Assembly: GCA_039591655.1 (NCBI GenBank)
Contig: JBDHDE010000003.1
Span: forward strand, 15,093 to 79,092
Length of the DNA stretch: 64,000 bases
Origin: Gemmatimonadota bacterium
GTDB lineage: Bacteria > Gemmatimonadota > Gemmatimonadetes > Gemmatimonadales > GWC2-71-9
Direction: 5' to 3'
The notes under the pieces are model-generated. The model had not been told where the DNA came from, did not search any database, and was given only the letters and a program-made list of their open reading frames with translations. Positions 1-8,626 of this stretch are shown piece by piece; the first letter of the stretch is position 1; each line of letters opens with the position of its first letter. The translations under genes and the position numbers were made by a program.

Positions 1-1595
1 CACCCGACCTCGGGGTACACGCGGAACGGCTCGAGTTTATCGGCCTTGATGATCTGGGCGTAGTGGGGCTCCCCGATGCCGATGGGCATGTCGTAGATCA
101 GCTGCATCTCATCGCCATCGATGTCGACGAGCTGGAAGTTCTGGGGCAGCAGCGGCCCGACGTCGTTGAACCGGTCCAGGGACCATTTGTTCATTGCCAC
201 CAGGTACTTGCCATCCGGCGACTTGGTGTCGCCCTCGGCCGCCGCCACGTGACCCACGTTGTAGTGCACACTCAGGTCGTCCACGACCTCGAGCGGGTCG
301 AGGCACCACTTGGTGACCTTGGTGTCGAGGAAGATCGAGGTGTAGGCGCAGCCCTCGTCGTCGAACTGCGTGTGCAATGGGCCCAGGCCGACCTCGAGCT
401 GCCCGTCTATGACCGAGGCGAAGTCGAGGATCGGCACTCCGTACGGATCGTTGCCCGCGAACGAGCCGGCGTCGATCGCCTGCTTCATCTTCTCCCACGA
501 GTAGAGCGTCACGTGCGGATCCAGCTTGCCCGACACGACGATGGTCCCGCCGTCGGGGGTGACGTCGGCCCCGTGGGGGCTCTTGGGCTCGGGCACGAGG
601 TAGAGAAGCCCCTGCTCGATCGCGACGTCGATCGGGATGATCCTGCGCCCGTTGCGGGTGCGGGTCATGCCGCGCGTAGCGGCGACCTCAGCCGCCTTCT
701 CCCAGTTGAGGACGTGGAGGTAGTCCATGTCGTTCTGGGACGCGCCGCTCTCGAATGGAGGATTGCCGTCCTCCACGCCGCCGGTGGCCATCTCGCTGTT
801 GAACGAGTTGAGGAACGCCCAGCCGAACGACGGGCCCTTGCCCGCGTCGGACAGGTCATGCCAGTAGGGCGGCAGCTCGATGGAGAAGCTGGCCGACTCG
901 TCGATGCGCCCGCTCTCCCGGTCGAACTTCCATAGGGTCACGAGACCGCGGTAGTCCTCTTCGTAACGGTCTGTGTCGGCGTAGTCCGTCCACAGGGGGA
1001 TCGAGTACTGCGCCGCCTCGATGACGTACTCTGTGTTGGGAGTGACGAAGGCCCCGCCGTGGTTGGTGCCCATGTTCTCGTTCGTCACGATCTGCTTGGT
1101 CTCGAAGTCACGTAGGTCGATGACGGCGATGCGCGGGTTGGCCTTGTCGTTGATGAACAGGAACTCGCCATCGTAGTCGCCGTCCGTTTCGGACAGCGCA
1201 GGGTGGTGGCTGTCACCCCAGGAGATGTCGTGGCCCGCCATGCCGGCGTTCGCGAGCATCTCCCTGTGCTCCTCGGAGCCGTACCCGAACCCCTGCCACG
1301 GCTCCGGCGTGAAGGCTGCGATGACCTTGAGCAGCCGCATCGACGGGACCCCGATCACCAGGACCTGCCCGGAGTGGCCGCCCGAGCCGAACATGATGTA
1401 CTCGTCGAACTGCCCCGTCGGCTGGTACGTCTTGACGGCGGCGACGACGTCGGCCTCGGTGAGACCACGCTCGCGGGCGATCGCGCCCACGTCGGCGGTC
1501 CCACCCGGGCCGGCGCAGGATCCGAGTCCTGCCACGACGATCACCGCGGCAGCGGCGATGAGGCCGAGCGCCCACTTGAGACCCTTCATGCGCAT
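1..1595 (-). CDS. nosZ: Nitrous-oxide reductase, clade II (Sec-type), 3' end outside window
   Basis: Not in ORF track (no stop in window). Manual translation from ATG 1595: MRMKGLKWALGLIAAAAVIVVAGLGSC...DEYIMFGSGGHSGQVLVIGVPSMRLLK...WGDSHHPALSETDGDYDGEFLFINDKANPRIAVIDL...NHGG...PKSPHG...LGPLHTQFD...YNVGH...GEPHYAQ. CuZ histidine motifs present, no twin-arginine signal. CuA domain would lie beyond position 1. Confidence 0.95.
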   Translation of the reverse strand, partial: MRMKGLKWALGLIAAAAVIVVAGLGSCAGPGGTADVGAIARERGLTEADVVAAVKTYQPTGQFDEYIMFGSGGHSGQVLVIGVPSMRLLKVIAAFTPEPWQGFGYGSEEHREMLANAGMAGHDISWGDSHHPALSETDGDYDGEFLFINDKANPRIAVIDLRDFETKQIVTNENMGTNHGGAFVTPNTEYVIEAAQYSIPLWTDYADTDRYEEDYRGLVTLWKFDRESGRIDESASFSIELPPYWHDLSDAGKGPSFGWAFLNSFNSEMATGGVEDGNPPFESGASQNDMDYLHVLNWEKAAEVAATRGMTRTRNGRRIIPIDVAIEQGLLYLVPEPKSPHGADVTPDGGTIVVSGKLDPHVTLYSWEKMKQAIDAGSFAGNDPYGVPILDFASVIDGQLEVGLGPLHTQFDDEGCAYTSIFLDTKVTKWCLDPLEVVDDLSVHYNVGHVAAAEGDTKSPDGKYLVAMNKWSLDRFNDVGPLLPQNFQLVDIDGDEMQLIYDMPIGIGEPHYAQIIKADKLEPFRVYPEVG

Positions 1596-1712
1596 ACGGT
1601 TACCCCCGGGAACGTAAGTGAATATGGCAGATACGATTAGGTCAGAGCAGCTCAGGCGGGTAGGAGGGCCCGCTCTGCGCTGGCGTCCGAGTTCTTGCCT
1701 GCTTGCCTCAAA

Positions 1713-1729
1713 GATAATGCGATATTATC
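1713..1729. promoter_or_regulatory. Inverted repeat GATAAT-N5-ATTATC, candidate Rrf2 operator
   Basis: AT-rich 6-5-6 palindrome in the divergent nosZ/rrf2 intergenic region of an otherwise GC-rich sequence. Confidence 0.6.
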
Positions 1730-1795
1730 ATGAAGTTGTCGTGAATTTAGCTGTAGGTCCCACGCCCGCAAGCCCCCAGACCTGGAGCCGCACTG

Positions 1796-2239
1796 GTGCT
1801 GTCGGGAACGGCTGAGTACGCCCTCCGGGCGGTGGTGTGCCTTGCGCGGCGGCCGGGGGGCGGCCCGGTGCGGGCCAGCGACCTTGCGGGTGCGGTGGAC
1901 GTGCCGCGGAACTACCTGGGGAAGATCCTCCATGACCTGGTGCGGGCCGGCATCCTCAAGTCGACCAGGGGCAAGCACGGCGGCTTCCAGCTGGCGGTGC
2001 CGGCTCATCAACTGCCGCTGATCAGGGTGGTCGGGCTGTTCGACGAGATCGGTAGGGAGCAGCGGCGCTGTCTGCTCGGGCGGCCCGAGTGCTCTGACGG
2101 GGATCCCTGTCCGGTGCACAGCCGGTGGAAGGAATGCGCCGACCAGGTGCAGCGCTTCTTCGGTGAGACTACGGTGGGTGATGTACTGGACGGGGGTCGT
2201 CTGGGCAGCGGCGACCCGGCCCCGGGGCCCTGTGACTAG
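1796..2239 (+). CDS. Rrf2-family (IscR/NsrR-like) transcriptional regulator, probable Fe-S binding
   Basis: AEYALRA, YLGKIL..L...GIL.S.RG..GGF winged helix; C-terminal CX6CX5CXXH (CLLGRPECSDGDPCPVH). Confidence 0.92.
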   Translation: MLSGTAEYALRAVVCLARRPGGGPVRASDLAGAVDVPRNYLGKILHDLVRAGILKSTRGKHGGFQLAVPAHQLPLIRVVGLFDEIGREQRRCLLGRPECSDGDPCPVHSRWKECADQVQRFFGETTVGDVLDGGRLGSGDPAPGPCD

Positions 2240-2311
2240 CACTGCGCTGGTGGCGGCGGGCTCCTCCCGCCGGGGCCGGAGCGCCGGTTTCTCAGCAGCA
2301 CCAAACAGATG

Positions 2312-2358
2312 GGGCCCGACCCTGGCGCCGTGACAACGGCCAGCGCCGGGGCGGGCCC
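2312..2358. terminator. Long GC-rich hairpin between convergent genes
   Basis: GGGCCCG-A-CCCTGGCGC...GCGCCGGGG-CGGGCCC imperfect inverted repeat; no strong U tract. Confidence 0.35.
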
Positions 2359-2381
2359 TTCATCCTGCCAACGCTGCCGCG

Positions 2382-2819
2382 CTACTGCCGCAAGTACTCG
2401 TACATGGCCCGGGCTTCCTGGCTCGTGACGCCCATGTTCACCATCGGGGTCATGTACTCCGCTAGGAGCTCCTTGGCCGCATCGTCGTTCTGGAGCATCG
2501 AGTCCGGCCGGACGATCATGGCGATGACCCAGTCGAACTGGCGGCGCTCGGTCACCCCCTGGAGGTCGGGACCCGTAAGGCGACCCTCTCCGATGGTATG
2601 GCAGCCCACGCAGCCCTTGGACTGGAAGTAGCCCTCTCCCTCGCTCGCGAGGGCGGCGTCCACCGGCCCGGTGGGAGCCTCCATCGACATCGGCTCGGCA
2701 GCCTCCTCCATCGCCGGCTGCTCGCCCGCCATCGCGGCCTCGTCGGCCGGGGCACCCTCTCCGCCGCAACCGGCGGCCAACACCAACAGCAGCAGAAACG
2801 CGCTATGTCTGACCTTCAT
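2382..2819 (-). CDS. Monoheme cytochrome c, lipoprotein
   Basis: Lipobox LAAGC, CVGCH, GPDLQGV motif, distal Met in MTPMVNM; AGGAG RBS. Confidence 0.92.
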   Translation of the reverse strand: MKVRHSAFLLLLVLAAGCGGEGAPADEAAMAGEQPAMEEAAEPMSMEAPTGPVDAALASEGEGYFQSKGCVGCHTIGEGRLTGPDLQGVTERRQFDWVIAMIVRPDSMLQNDDAAKELLAEYMTPMVNMGVTSQEARAMYEYLRQ

Positions 2820-3031
2820 GGTTGCTTTTCACTCCTAGATGGTTGTGTTGGACTCTCACGATGGTATCGCACGTCCGCGGTGCGCCGACCCTGCGCCACG
2901 CCGGGAGTGCAACACAGGGAAGAAACTATCTGACGGTACCGGAGGAAGGGAGGGGGGCAGGGATGGCCCCGGCCCCCTTGGAGAATCGGCGTATCAGGCA
3001 GTGCCGCAGGCTGCGGCGCAGGCGCTGGCCG

Positions 3032-3418
3032 CTACTCCCGGCGCAGGCTCCAGACGTACGCAGCCACTGCCTCGAGTTGGCTGTCCGACAGCCCGCTGCC
3101 CCCCCTGGGCGGCATGACGGACCCGGTCGACGACTTGTCCGCTGTCACTCCCTTCGTGATGCTGTGCAGGATGCCCTTGAGGGAGCCGTCGCTGTGCTGC
3201 CACTCGTCGTCGGTCAGATCGGCCCCCAGGTTGGGCATGCCCTCGGCGTTCTGTGCGTGGCATACGGCGCAGACCCCCGCGCCTTTGAACAGGGACTCCC
3301 CTTCGGCGATCATCTCCTGGGTGACCCCCTCCGGGAGCTCCTCCTGAGCGAGGACCGCCGGCGCGGCGACGAGCAGCGCTGCCCATGCCAGGGCCAGTCC
3401 ACAGAACCGGTGCCGCAT
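3032..3418 (-). CDS. Periplasmic monoheme cytochrome c
   Basis: Signal peptide ending VLA-QE, CAVCH, distal Met in VMPPRGG; start set at ATG 3418, 6 nt after GGAGGA. Confidence 0.9.
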   Translation of the reverse strand: MRHRFCGLALAWAALLVAAPAVLAQEELPEGVTQEMIAEGESLFKGAGVCAVCHAQNAEGMPNLGADLTDDEWQHSDGSLKGILHSITKGVTADKSSTGSVMPPRGGSGLSDSQLEAVAAYVWSLRRE

Positions 3419-3435
3419 GTGCATTCCTCCAGGTA

Positions 3436-4650
3436 CTAGAAGGCGGTGACGAGACCTACCGTCCACCGTGTCCGGTCCCGCTCGATGTCGTACATGCCTT
3501 CGAAGGCCAGCCGGAAGTTACGCTTGGCAAGCCAGCCGGCGCCAGCGGTAACGGTCTGATACCGCTCGATGTCGGCGAGCTCCCCCAGGCGCACGGTGAG
3601 GATCGGGCGGCTGCAGTCCACGATGTTGTACAGCGCCACGCCGTACCAGCGACTCCCCGGTTTGTGCAGTATGAGTTCAGCCAGGCCGCCGTTGGTGTAG
3701 GCCGTTTCCTCGTTCGGCTCGAACAGTGGGTTGGTGTCCTGCCGGTGGATGTACTGGAGGTTGAGCTCCACGGCCCCCGCCGAGATCGTGGCGTCGGCCC
3801 CTCCCATCCACAACGTATTCGTCACTGTCGGCGCGGTCTCGTCTGGGGCCCCGTCCTGCCGCCCGTAGTACCCCATCGCCCCCAACCGGACGTTCGGTGT
3901 GAGGTCCCGCGTCAGGTGCCCGAAGAGGTTCTTCATCGGATCGTTGTCCAACCGGCGGTTGGGCTCGGCTTCGCCGCGGCCATTGCCGTTGATCACCTCT
4001 GCCGTGAGGGTGAAGCCGGCGGCGTCACCGATGGCCATGATGCCACGGTCGTAGGTCAGGTCCGCCGGCTGGAGCCCAACCCGGGCACGGTAGACCGCGT
4101 AGTCCTGGAACTCGAGCCTGAGCTCCCGCTTGAACATCGGGTCGGAGACCTGGAACTGGCCCACAACGCCGTCGAGGGTCGCACCCCCGATGTCGTTCCA
4201 GTAGATGAAGGCGTCCTCGATGCCCCCGATCTCGCCGCGCTCGAACAGAAAGAAGTAGAAGTAGTACGAGAGGCTGTTCGAGATCGTCCCGCCGGAGAGG
4301 AGCTTGAGGTTGTAGGGACCCTGGAGGTCGGTGGCGACGTTGCCCCCGGTGTACCCCTGGAGGTACGCATCGAGCCGCACGGCCAATGGGACGTCCTTGA
4401 GGAGATGCAGTAGCCGGTCTCCCGTATCGAGCGTGTCGCGCGGTATCTCCTGGGACGCCATGCGGAACCCGTTTCCCGCGAACTCCTCTCCGAATGCCGA
4501 GAGCTTGGGAGCTACCGTGTGGCACAGGCTGCAGCTCACTTTGTATTTGCGCGCGAAGGTGGGGATCGGCTCGCCGCTGGCCACCGCTGCCGCCGGATGC
4601 AGCATCAGGATGAGAGATACGCATGCACCGATACAGAGAATCCGCGTCAT
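3436..4650 (-). CDS. Cyc2-like fused cytochrome c / outer-membrane beta-barrel
   Basis: Signal peptide, then IPTFARKYKVSCSLCHTVAPKLSAFGEEFAGNGF (PxFAR[KQ][YT]-CxxCH-PxL signature); alternating beta-strand pattern; C-terminal Phe (VGLVTAF); AAGGAGG RBS. Confidence 0.8.
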   Translation of the reverse strand: MTRILCIGACVSLILMLHPAAAVASGEPIPTFARKYKVSCSLCHTVAPKLSAFGEEFAGNGFRMASQEIPRDTLDTGDRLLHLLKDVPLAVRLDAYLQGYTGGNVATDLQGPYNLKLLSGGTISNSLSYYFYFFLFERGEIGGIEDAFIYWNDIGGATLDGVVGQFQVSDPMFKRELRLEFQDYAVYRARVGLQPADLTYDRGIMAIGDAAGFTLTAEVINGNGRGEAEPNRRLDNDPMKNLFGHLTRDLTPNVRLGAMGYYGRQDGAPDETAPTVTNTLWMGGADATISAGAVELNLQYIHRQDTNPLFEPNEETAYTNGGLAELILHKPGSRWYGVALYNIVDCSRPILTVRLGELADIERYQTVTAGAGWLAKRNFRLAFEGMYDIERDRTRWTVGLVTAF

Positions 4651-4760
4651 GGGGCCCTCCTTGGAAGTGACCTATCGGGCGGGTATTCAGCGAAGCAGGC
4701 CATCACCCCGTTGGGGGGATGGGTCTTGCCATCAATGTTGGCCGTGTTGTGAGCGCGCGG

Positions 4761-4982
4761 CTAGTGGTGTTGCGGATGCGTCCGGTGGGAGCGGGTGTTG
4801 AGCCGGAACAGCTCGTACAGCGGGCAGTGGTGCGTCAGGGCCGTGGCCGCCAACACGAGGGCCAGCAACGCCGCCGCCAGAGACAGGATCACCTGCTCGA
4901 TGAGGACCACGGCAACGACGAGGGACACCACCGCCAGGCATCCCCGAATACACCCATCCACCATTCCGACGTTGGCTTGCAT
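4761..4982 (-). CDS. DUF2892/YgaP-like small membrane protein
   Basis: NVGMVD..IR start, two hydrophobic helices, CPLY.LF..NT motif. Confidence 0.8.
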   Translation of the reverse strand: MQANVGMVDGCIRGCLAVVSLVVAVVLIEQVILSLAAALLALVLAATALTHHCPLYELFRLNTRSHRTHPQHH

Positions 4983-5101
4983 CGGCCCTCGCCCGCTGCC
5001 TCCACCCGGGGCAAGATCGGCCGCCCTCTATTAAGGCAGCCGTAACCCCGCGTGAAGGACCGATGGGCTGTTTGTGAAGGTGCCTTTGGGGGGGGGCGGT
5101 G

Positions 5102-6502
5102 CTAGGCGGTCGGGGGGGTGCGGGGCAGCTCGAGGGCAACGGCAAGCCCCCCTTGGATGCTCCGTCCTGCCTCGATCCGGCCGCCGTGCGCCTCCACGAT
5201 GGCGGCTGCAAGCGTGAGTCCCAGACCTGCGGCCGCGCCGGCGCGGGTGCGTGCGTGGTCACTCCGATAGAACCGCTCGAAAAGGCGCGGCAGCACTTCA
5301 TTGGGCAGCCCCGGCCCATCGTCCTCCACCGTTATCCTCACATTTGCGGAATCGGCGGTCACACCGGCACACACCCGCGTGCCCTCGGGTGTGTGCTTAA
5401 TGCCGTTGTCGAGCAGTTGATCGATCACCAGAGTCAGCATCTTCGCGTCAACGGAGGCCGTGGCGTCGCCGGCTCCCTGTGCTGCCGTGAGAGCGATCTT
5501 TCTGCCCTCGGCGCGTGCCTGGGCCTTGCGCACTGCTCGGGCGACCAGGTCCCTCACGTCACGAGTGATCCGCTCGGGCTTGAGCGTGGCGGAGTCGAGG
5601 CGCGCCAACATGACCAGGGACTCGCTGAGAGACGCCAGGTGGTCGACCTCCTCCAATACACTGGAGAGTACGGCACGGTACTCGTCGGGGCGCCGCTCGC
5701 CCCGTAGGGTGACCTCCAGCTCGCCGCGCATCGCGGTGAGTGGTGTGCGGAGATCGTGGCCTGCGTCGGCGATCATGCGGCGCTGAGTCTCGAACGCCTG
5801 GTCGAGGCGCTCCAGCATGCCGTTGAGCACCTTGACCAGTCCCGCGAACTCCTGCACATCGGCGTGCTCGGTGATGCGCTGGCCCACCGCGCCGGGCCTG
5901 ATTCCCTCTGCCTGTTGGGTGATCTCCTCCACCGGTGTCACGCTGGAGCCGGCGAGCCAACCCGCTCCCAGGGCGCTTGCCGCGGTCCCCAGGAGGACGG
6001 TCCCCAGCAAGAGGAGCAGCACCCGGCGATTGGCCAAGTGCAGCGGGCGCAGTGATGCCGCTACCTGGACCACTACCTGGTCCGCGCCACCCCTCAGAGG
6101 TACCGCCCCGTAGTACGAGCGAACGGCTTCGGGCTCCCACTCCTGGGTCGTCCACACCTGATCGCCGTCCCTCGCCCGCTCGAAGCTGTCCGTGTCCAGG
6201 GGAAGGCCGCTGGCCAGCGGCGTGTTGGTCGCCAGGACGGTGTGGTCCTCGGCTCGCACCACCACGAAACGGTTCACCGCGTCGACGAACCCTTCGAGAT
6301 CCGACGGCTCCGCGTGCACCGCGATGGGAAAGCCGGCACCGATAACGGCGAACTCGAGCTGCGCCACGGCAGCGAGCCCGTGGTCCAGCTCCTCACGTAG
6401 GATTCGCTGGGCGCCGAGGTATGCCCACAGCGCGATAAACAGGAGCGCAATGAAGATGGTGAGGGAGAACCGCACGGCGAGCGTGCGGCGCAGGGAGTAC
6501 AT
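5102..6502 (-). CDS. Membrane sensor histidine kinase (2 TM, HAMP, HisKA, HATPase), heavy-metal-sensor-like
   Basis: ADAGHDLRTPL H-box, LLDNGIKHT N-box, EDDGPG, FERFYR, GLGL; 1-nt overlap with upstream regulator. Confidence 0.93.
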   Translation of the reverse strand: MYSLRRTLAVRFSLTIFIALLFIALWAYLGAQRILREELDHGLAAVAQLEFAVIGAGFPIAVHAEPSDLEGFVDAVNRFVVVRAEDHTVLATNTPLASGLPLDTDSFERARDGDQVWTTQEWEPEAVRSYYGAVPLRGGADQVVVQVAASLRPLHLANRRVLLLLLGTVLLGTAASALGAGWLAGSSVTPVEEITQQAEGIRPGAVGQRITEHADVQEFAGLVKVLNGMLERLDQAFETQRRMIADAGHDLRTPLTAMRGELEVTLRGERRPDEYRAVLSSVLEEVDHLASLSESLVMLARLDSATLKPERITRDVRDLVARAVRKAQARAEGRKIALTAAQGAGDATASVDAKMLTLVIDQLLDNGIKHTPEGTRVCAGVTADSANVRITVEDDGPGLPNEVLPRLFERFYRSDHARTRAGAAAGLGLTLAAAIVEAHGGRIEAGRSIQGGLAVALELPRTPPTA

Positions 6503-7185
6503 CAGTCTGTGTGGCCGTTCTTCTTGAGGCAGAATCCGACGCCACGAACCGTCTGGATCAGTCCGTCGAATCCCGCCTCACGCAGCTTGCGCCGCAGGTT
6601 TCCAACGTGGACATCGACGACGTTGCTCTCCGGATCGAAGTGCATGTCCCACACCTTCTCGAGCAACTCCGTGCGGCGCACCACGTCTTCGGGGTGCAAC
6701 ATGAAGTGCTCGAGGAGCTGGAACTCCCGCGGCGTGAGATCGAGGAGCTCCTCGCCGGCCCAGGCTTTGTGCTTCAGCCGGTCCAGCTCCAGCGGTCCGT
6801 AGGACAGCCGATCGAGCCGTGCTGCACCGCCCCGGCGCACCAGCGCGCGCAGCCGCGCCAACAGTTCGTCGAACTTGAACGGCTTGGTGAGATAGTCGTC
6901 GGCGCCGGCATCCAGGCCGCGCACCACGTCCTCGGTCGCGTCCCGAGCAGTGAGCATGAGAATGGGCGTGTTCCGCCCCTCGCGGCGCAACTCAGAGGCC
7001 ACCTGTAGGCCGTTCTTCTTGGGGAGCATCAGGTCGAGCAGGATTGCGTCGTAGTCGTTGATGTGGGCGAACACGGTGGCCTCTTCGCCATCCTTGGCGA
7101 CGTCCACTGCGTAGCCCTCCTCCCGAAGGCCCATCTCGATGAAACCAGCGACCTTGCGGTCGTCTTCGACTACGAGGATCCGCAT
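6502..7185 (-). CDS. OmpR/CusR-like response regulator
   Basis: MRILVVEDD, LLDLMLP, LTARD, GADDYLTKPF, SNVVDVHV..LRRKL, IQTVRGVG. Confidence 0.95.
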   Translation of the reverse strand: MRILVVEDDRKVAGFIEMGLREEGYAVDVAKDGEEATVFAHINDYDAILLDLMLPKKNGLQVASELRREGRNTPILMLTARDATEDVVRGLDAGADDYLTKPFKFDELLARLRALVRRGGAARLDRLSYGPLELDRLKHKAWAGEELLDLTPREFQLLEHFMLHPEDVVRRTELLEKVWDMHFDPESNVVDVHVGNLRRKLREAGFDGLIQTVRGVGFCLKKNGHTD

Positions 7186-7222
7186 TGTGGACAACCCTAG
7201 CCGTGACGGGCTATATGGTTGT

Positions 7223-7237
7223 TTAATCGAAGGTTAA
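7223..7237 (-). promoter_or_regulatory. TTAA-N7-TTAA direct repeat, candidate OmpR-family binding site
   Basis: 11-bp-period repeat just upstream of the response regulator; similar TTAC-N7-TTAA at 5031-5045. Confidence 0.45.
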
Positions 7238-7244
7238 CGCCTCT

Positions 7245-8486
7245 TTATGATGCCGCGACCTGGCGCGGAACCCGCAGGATGAAGCGCGCTCCCTTGCCGA
7301 CCTGGCTCTCCACGTTGAGCTCGCCGCCCAGAAGCCGCGCCAGCTTGCGCGAGAGCGCCAGACCCAAGCCCGTCCCCCGCTCGGTCTGGTGTCCGGCCCG
7401 CTCGAACGCCTCGAAGATCACCGCCTGCTGCTCGGAGGCGATGCCCTCACCCCGATCCACCACGTCGAACCGGAGGGTACCGTCCGTGACGCGTAGCTCG
7501 ACGTCGATCGCCTCGTCCGGTGGGCTGTGGCGCACCGCGTTGGTGAGCAGGTTGATGAGAATCTGGCGCACGCGCTGCGGGTCGGTGCGGCAGGTGACGG
7601 CCTCGTCGGGTCCGGTGAGCGTGATCTTGACACCGCGACGGTCGGCGGCGGGCTCCACGGTGGACACCGACTCTCTTACGATGCTCCACGCGTCGGAGTC
7701 CTTGATCATCGGCTCGAGTTTGTCGGCCTCTAGTCGGGAGAGATCCAACAGGTCCTCGAGCAGCGTGAGCGCACGCTCGGCTGATTCCTGCACCTCCAGT
7801 GCGGAGCGCGGAGTATCGGGCGCGGTCTTGCGGATCCACAGCTCGGTCCAGCCGTGGACGGCGGTGAGCGCGTTGCGCAGCTCGTGGTTAGTCATGGCGA
7901 AGAAGCGCTCCCGCGAGTGGTGCAGCTGCCGCAGCTGCTTCAGCAGGCCCTCCCGCTCGGAGAAGAATCGCGCGTTCTCCACCGCGACCGAGGCGTGGCT
8001 GGCCAGCATGACCGCGAAGGCTTCGTCCTCCGGCGTGAACTCCGAGCCGCCTTCCTTTTCCGCGAGGTAGAGGTTCCCGATCGTTTCGTCCCGACCGATG
8101 ATGGGGACGCCGAGGAAGGACCGCATGTGGGGATGGTGCTCGGGGAAGCCGTACGCGCGCGGGTCGCGGGTCACGTCCCTCACCCGCAGGGGCTTGGGCT
8201 CCCGGATCAGCGCGCCGAGCACGCCCCTGCCCCGGGGCAGTTCGCCGATCTTGCCGTGGGCCTCCTGGGGGAGCCCGCTGGTCACGAAGGTCTCCAGCGC
8301 CGTGCCGCTCTCGTCGAGGATGCCGAGGGCCGCATACTGCGCGCCGATCACGAAACGGGCCGACTCCACCACCTCCTGGAGCACGCGGTCCAGTTCGTGT
8401 TCGGCGGTGATGCGGATGGTGGCCTGGGAGAGGCGCTCGACCCGCTGCCAGATCTCGTGGTTGTCCGCCCGGGAGGTTGGCGACAT
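7245..8486 (-). CDS. Cytoplasmic GAF-domain sensor histidine kinase (DosS/DevS-like GAF)
   Basis: GAF with P.GRGVLG.LI...GFPEHHPHMRSFLGVPI; NHELRNAL H-box, LLTNAVRH, DRGEGI, GTGLGL; no TM segment; start at ATG 8486 inferred. Confidence 0.9.
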   Translation of the reverse strand: MSPTSRADNHEIWQRVERLSQATIRITAEHELDRVLQEVVESARFVIGAQYAALGILDESGTALETFVTSGLPQEAHGKIGELPRGRGVLGALIREPKPLRVRDVTRDPRAYGFPEHHPHMRSFLGVPIIGRDETIGNLYLAEKEGGSEFTPEDEAFAVMLASHASVAVENARFFSEREGLLKQLRQLHHSRERFFAMTNHELRNALTAVHGWTELWIRKTAPDTPRSALEVQESAERALTLLEDLLDLSRLEADKLEPMIKDSDAWSIVRESVSTVEPAADRRGVKITLTGPDEAVTCRTDPQRVRQILINLLTNAVRHSPPDEAIDVELRVTDGTLRFDVVDRGEGIASEQQAVIFEAFERAGHQTERGTGLGLALSRKLARLLGGELNVESQVGKGARFILRVPRQVAAS

Positions 8487-8626
8487 ACGGGTGGAAGCTA
8501 TGTAAGGCCGGGCCGGGGTGGAAGGGTGGCCGGCGGCCCCGTCCCGTGCGGCAGCCCTCCCGCCGGGGGTGTCGCACCGGCGCCAGGGACGATAATCTCC
8601 CCGTAACCCCAACCGCGCGATCGGCC

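Noticed and set aside
63..935. 290-aa + strand ORF and other + ORFs up to 1640
   Set aside because: Antisense shadows of nosZ, which the track missed because it has no stop in the window
1713..1729. Fur box
   Set aside because: Shares GATAAT/ATTATC arms but the spacer is 5 rather than 7 nt; the adjacent Rrf2 is the simpler explanation
5088..5125. G9, G7 and G4 runs as phase-variation or G-quadruplex element
   Set aside because: Short G runs are expected in GC-rich DNA, and two of them fall in Pro codons at the kinase C-terminus
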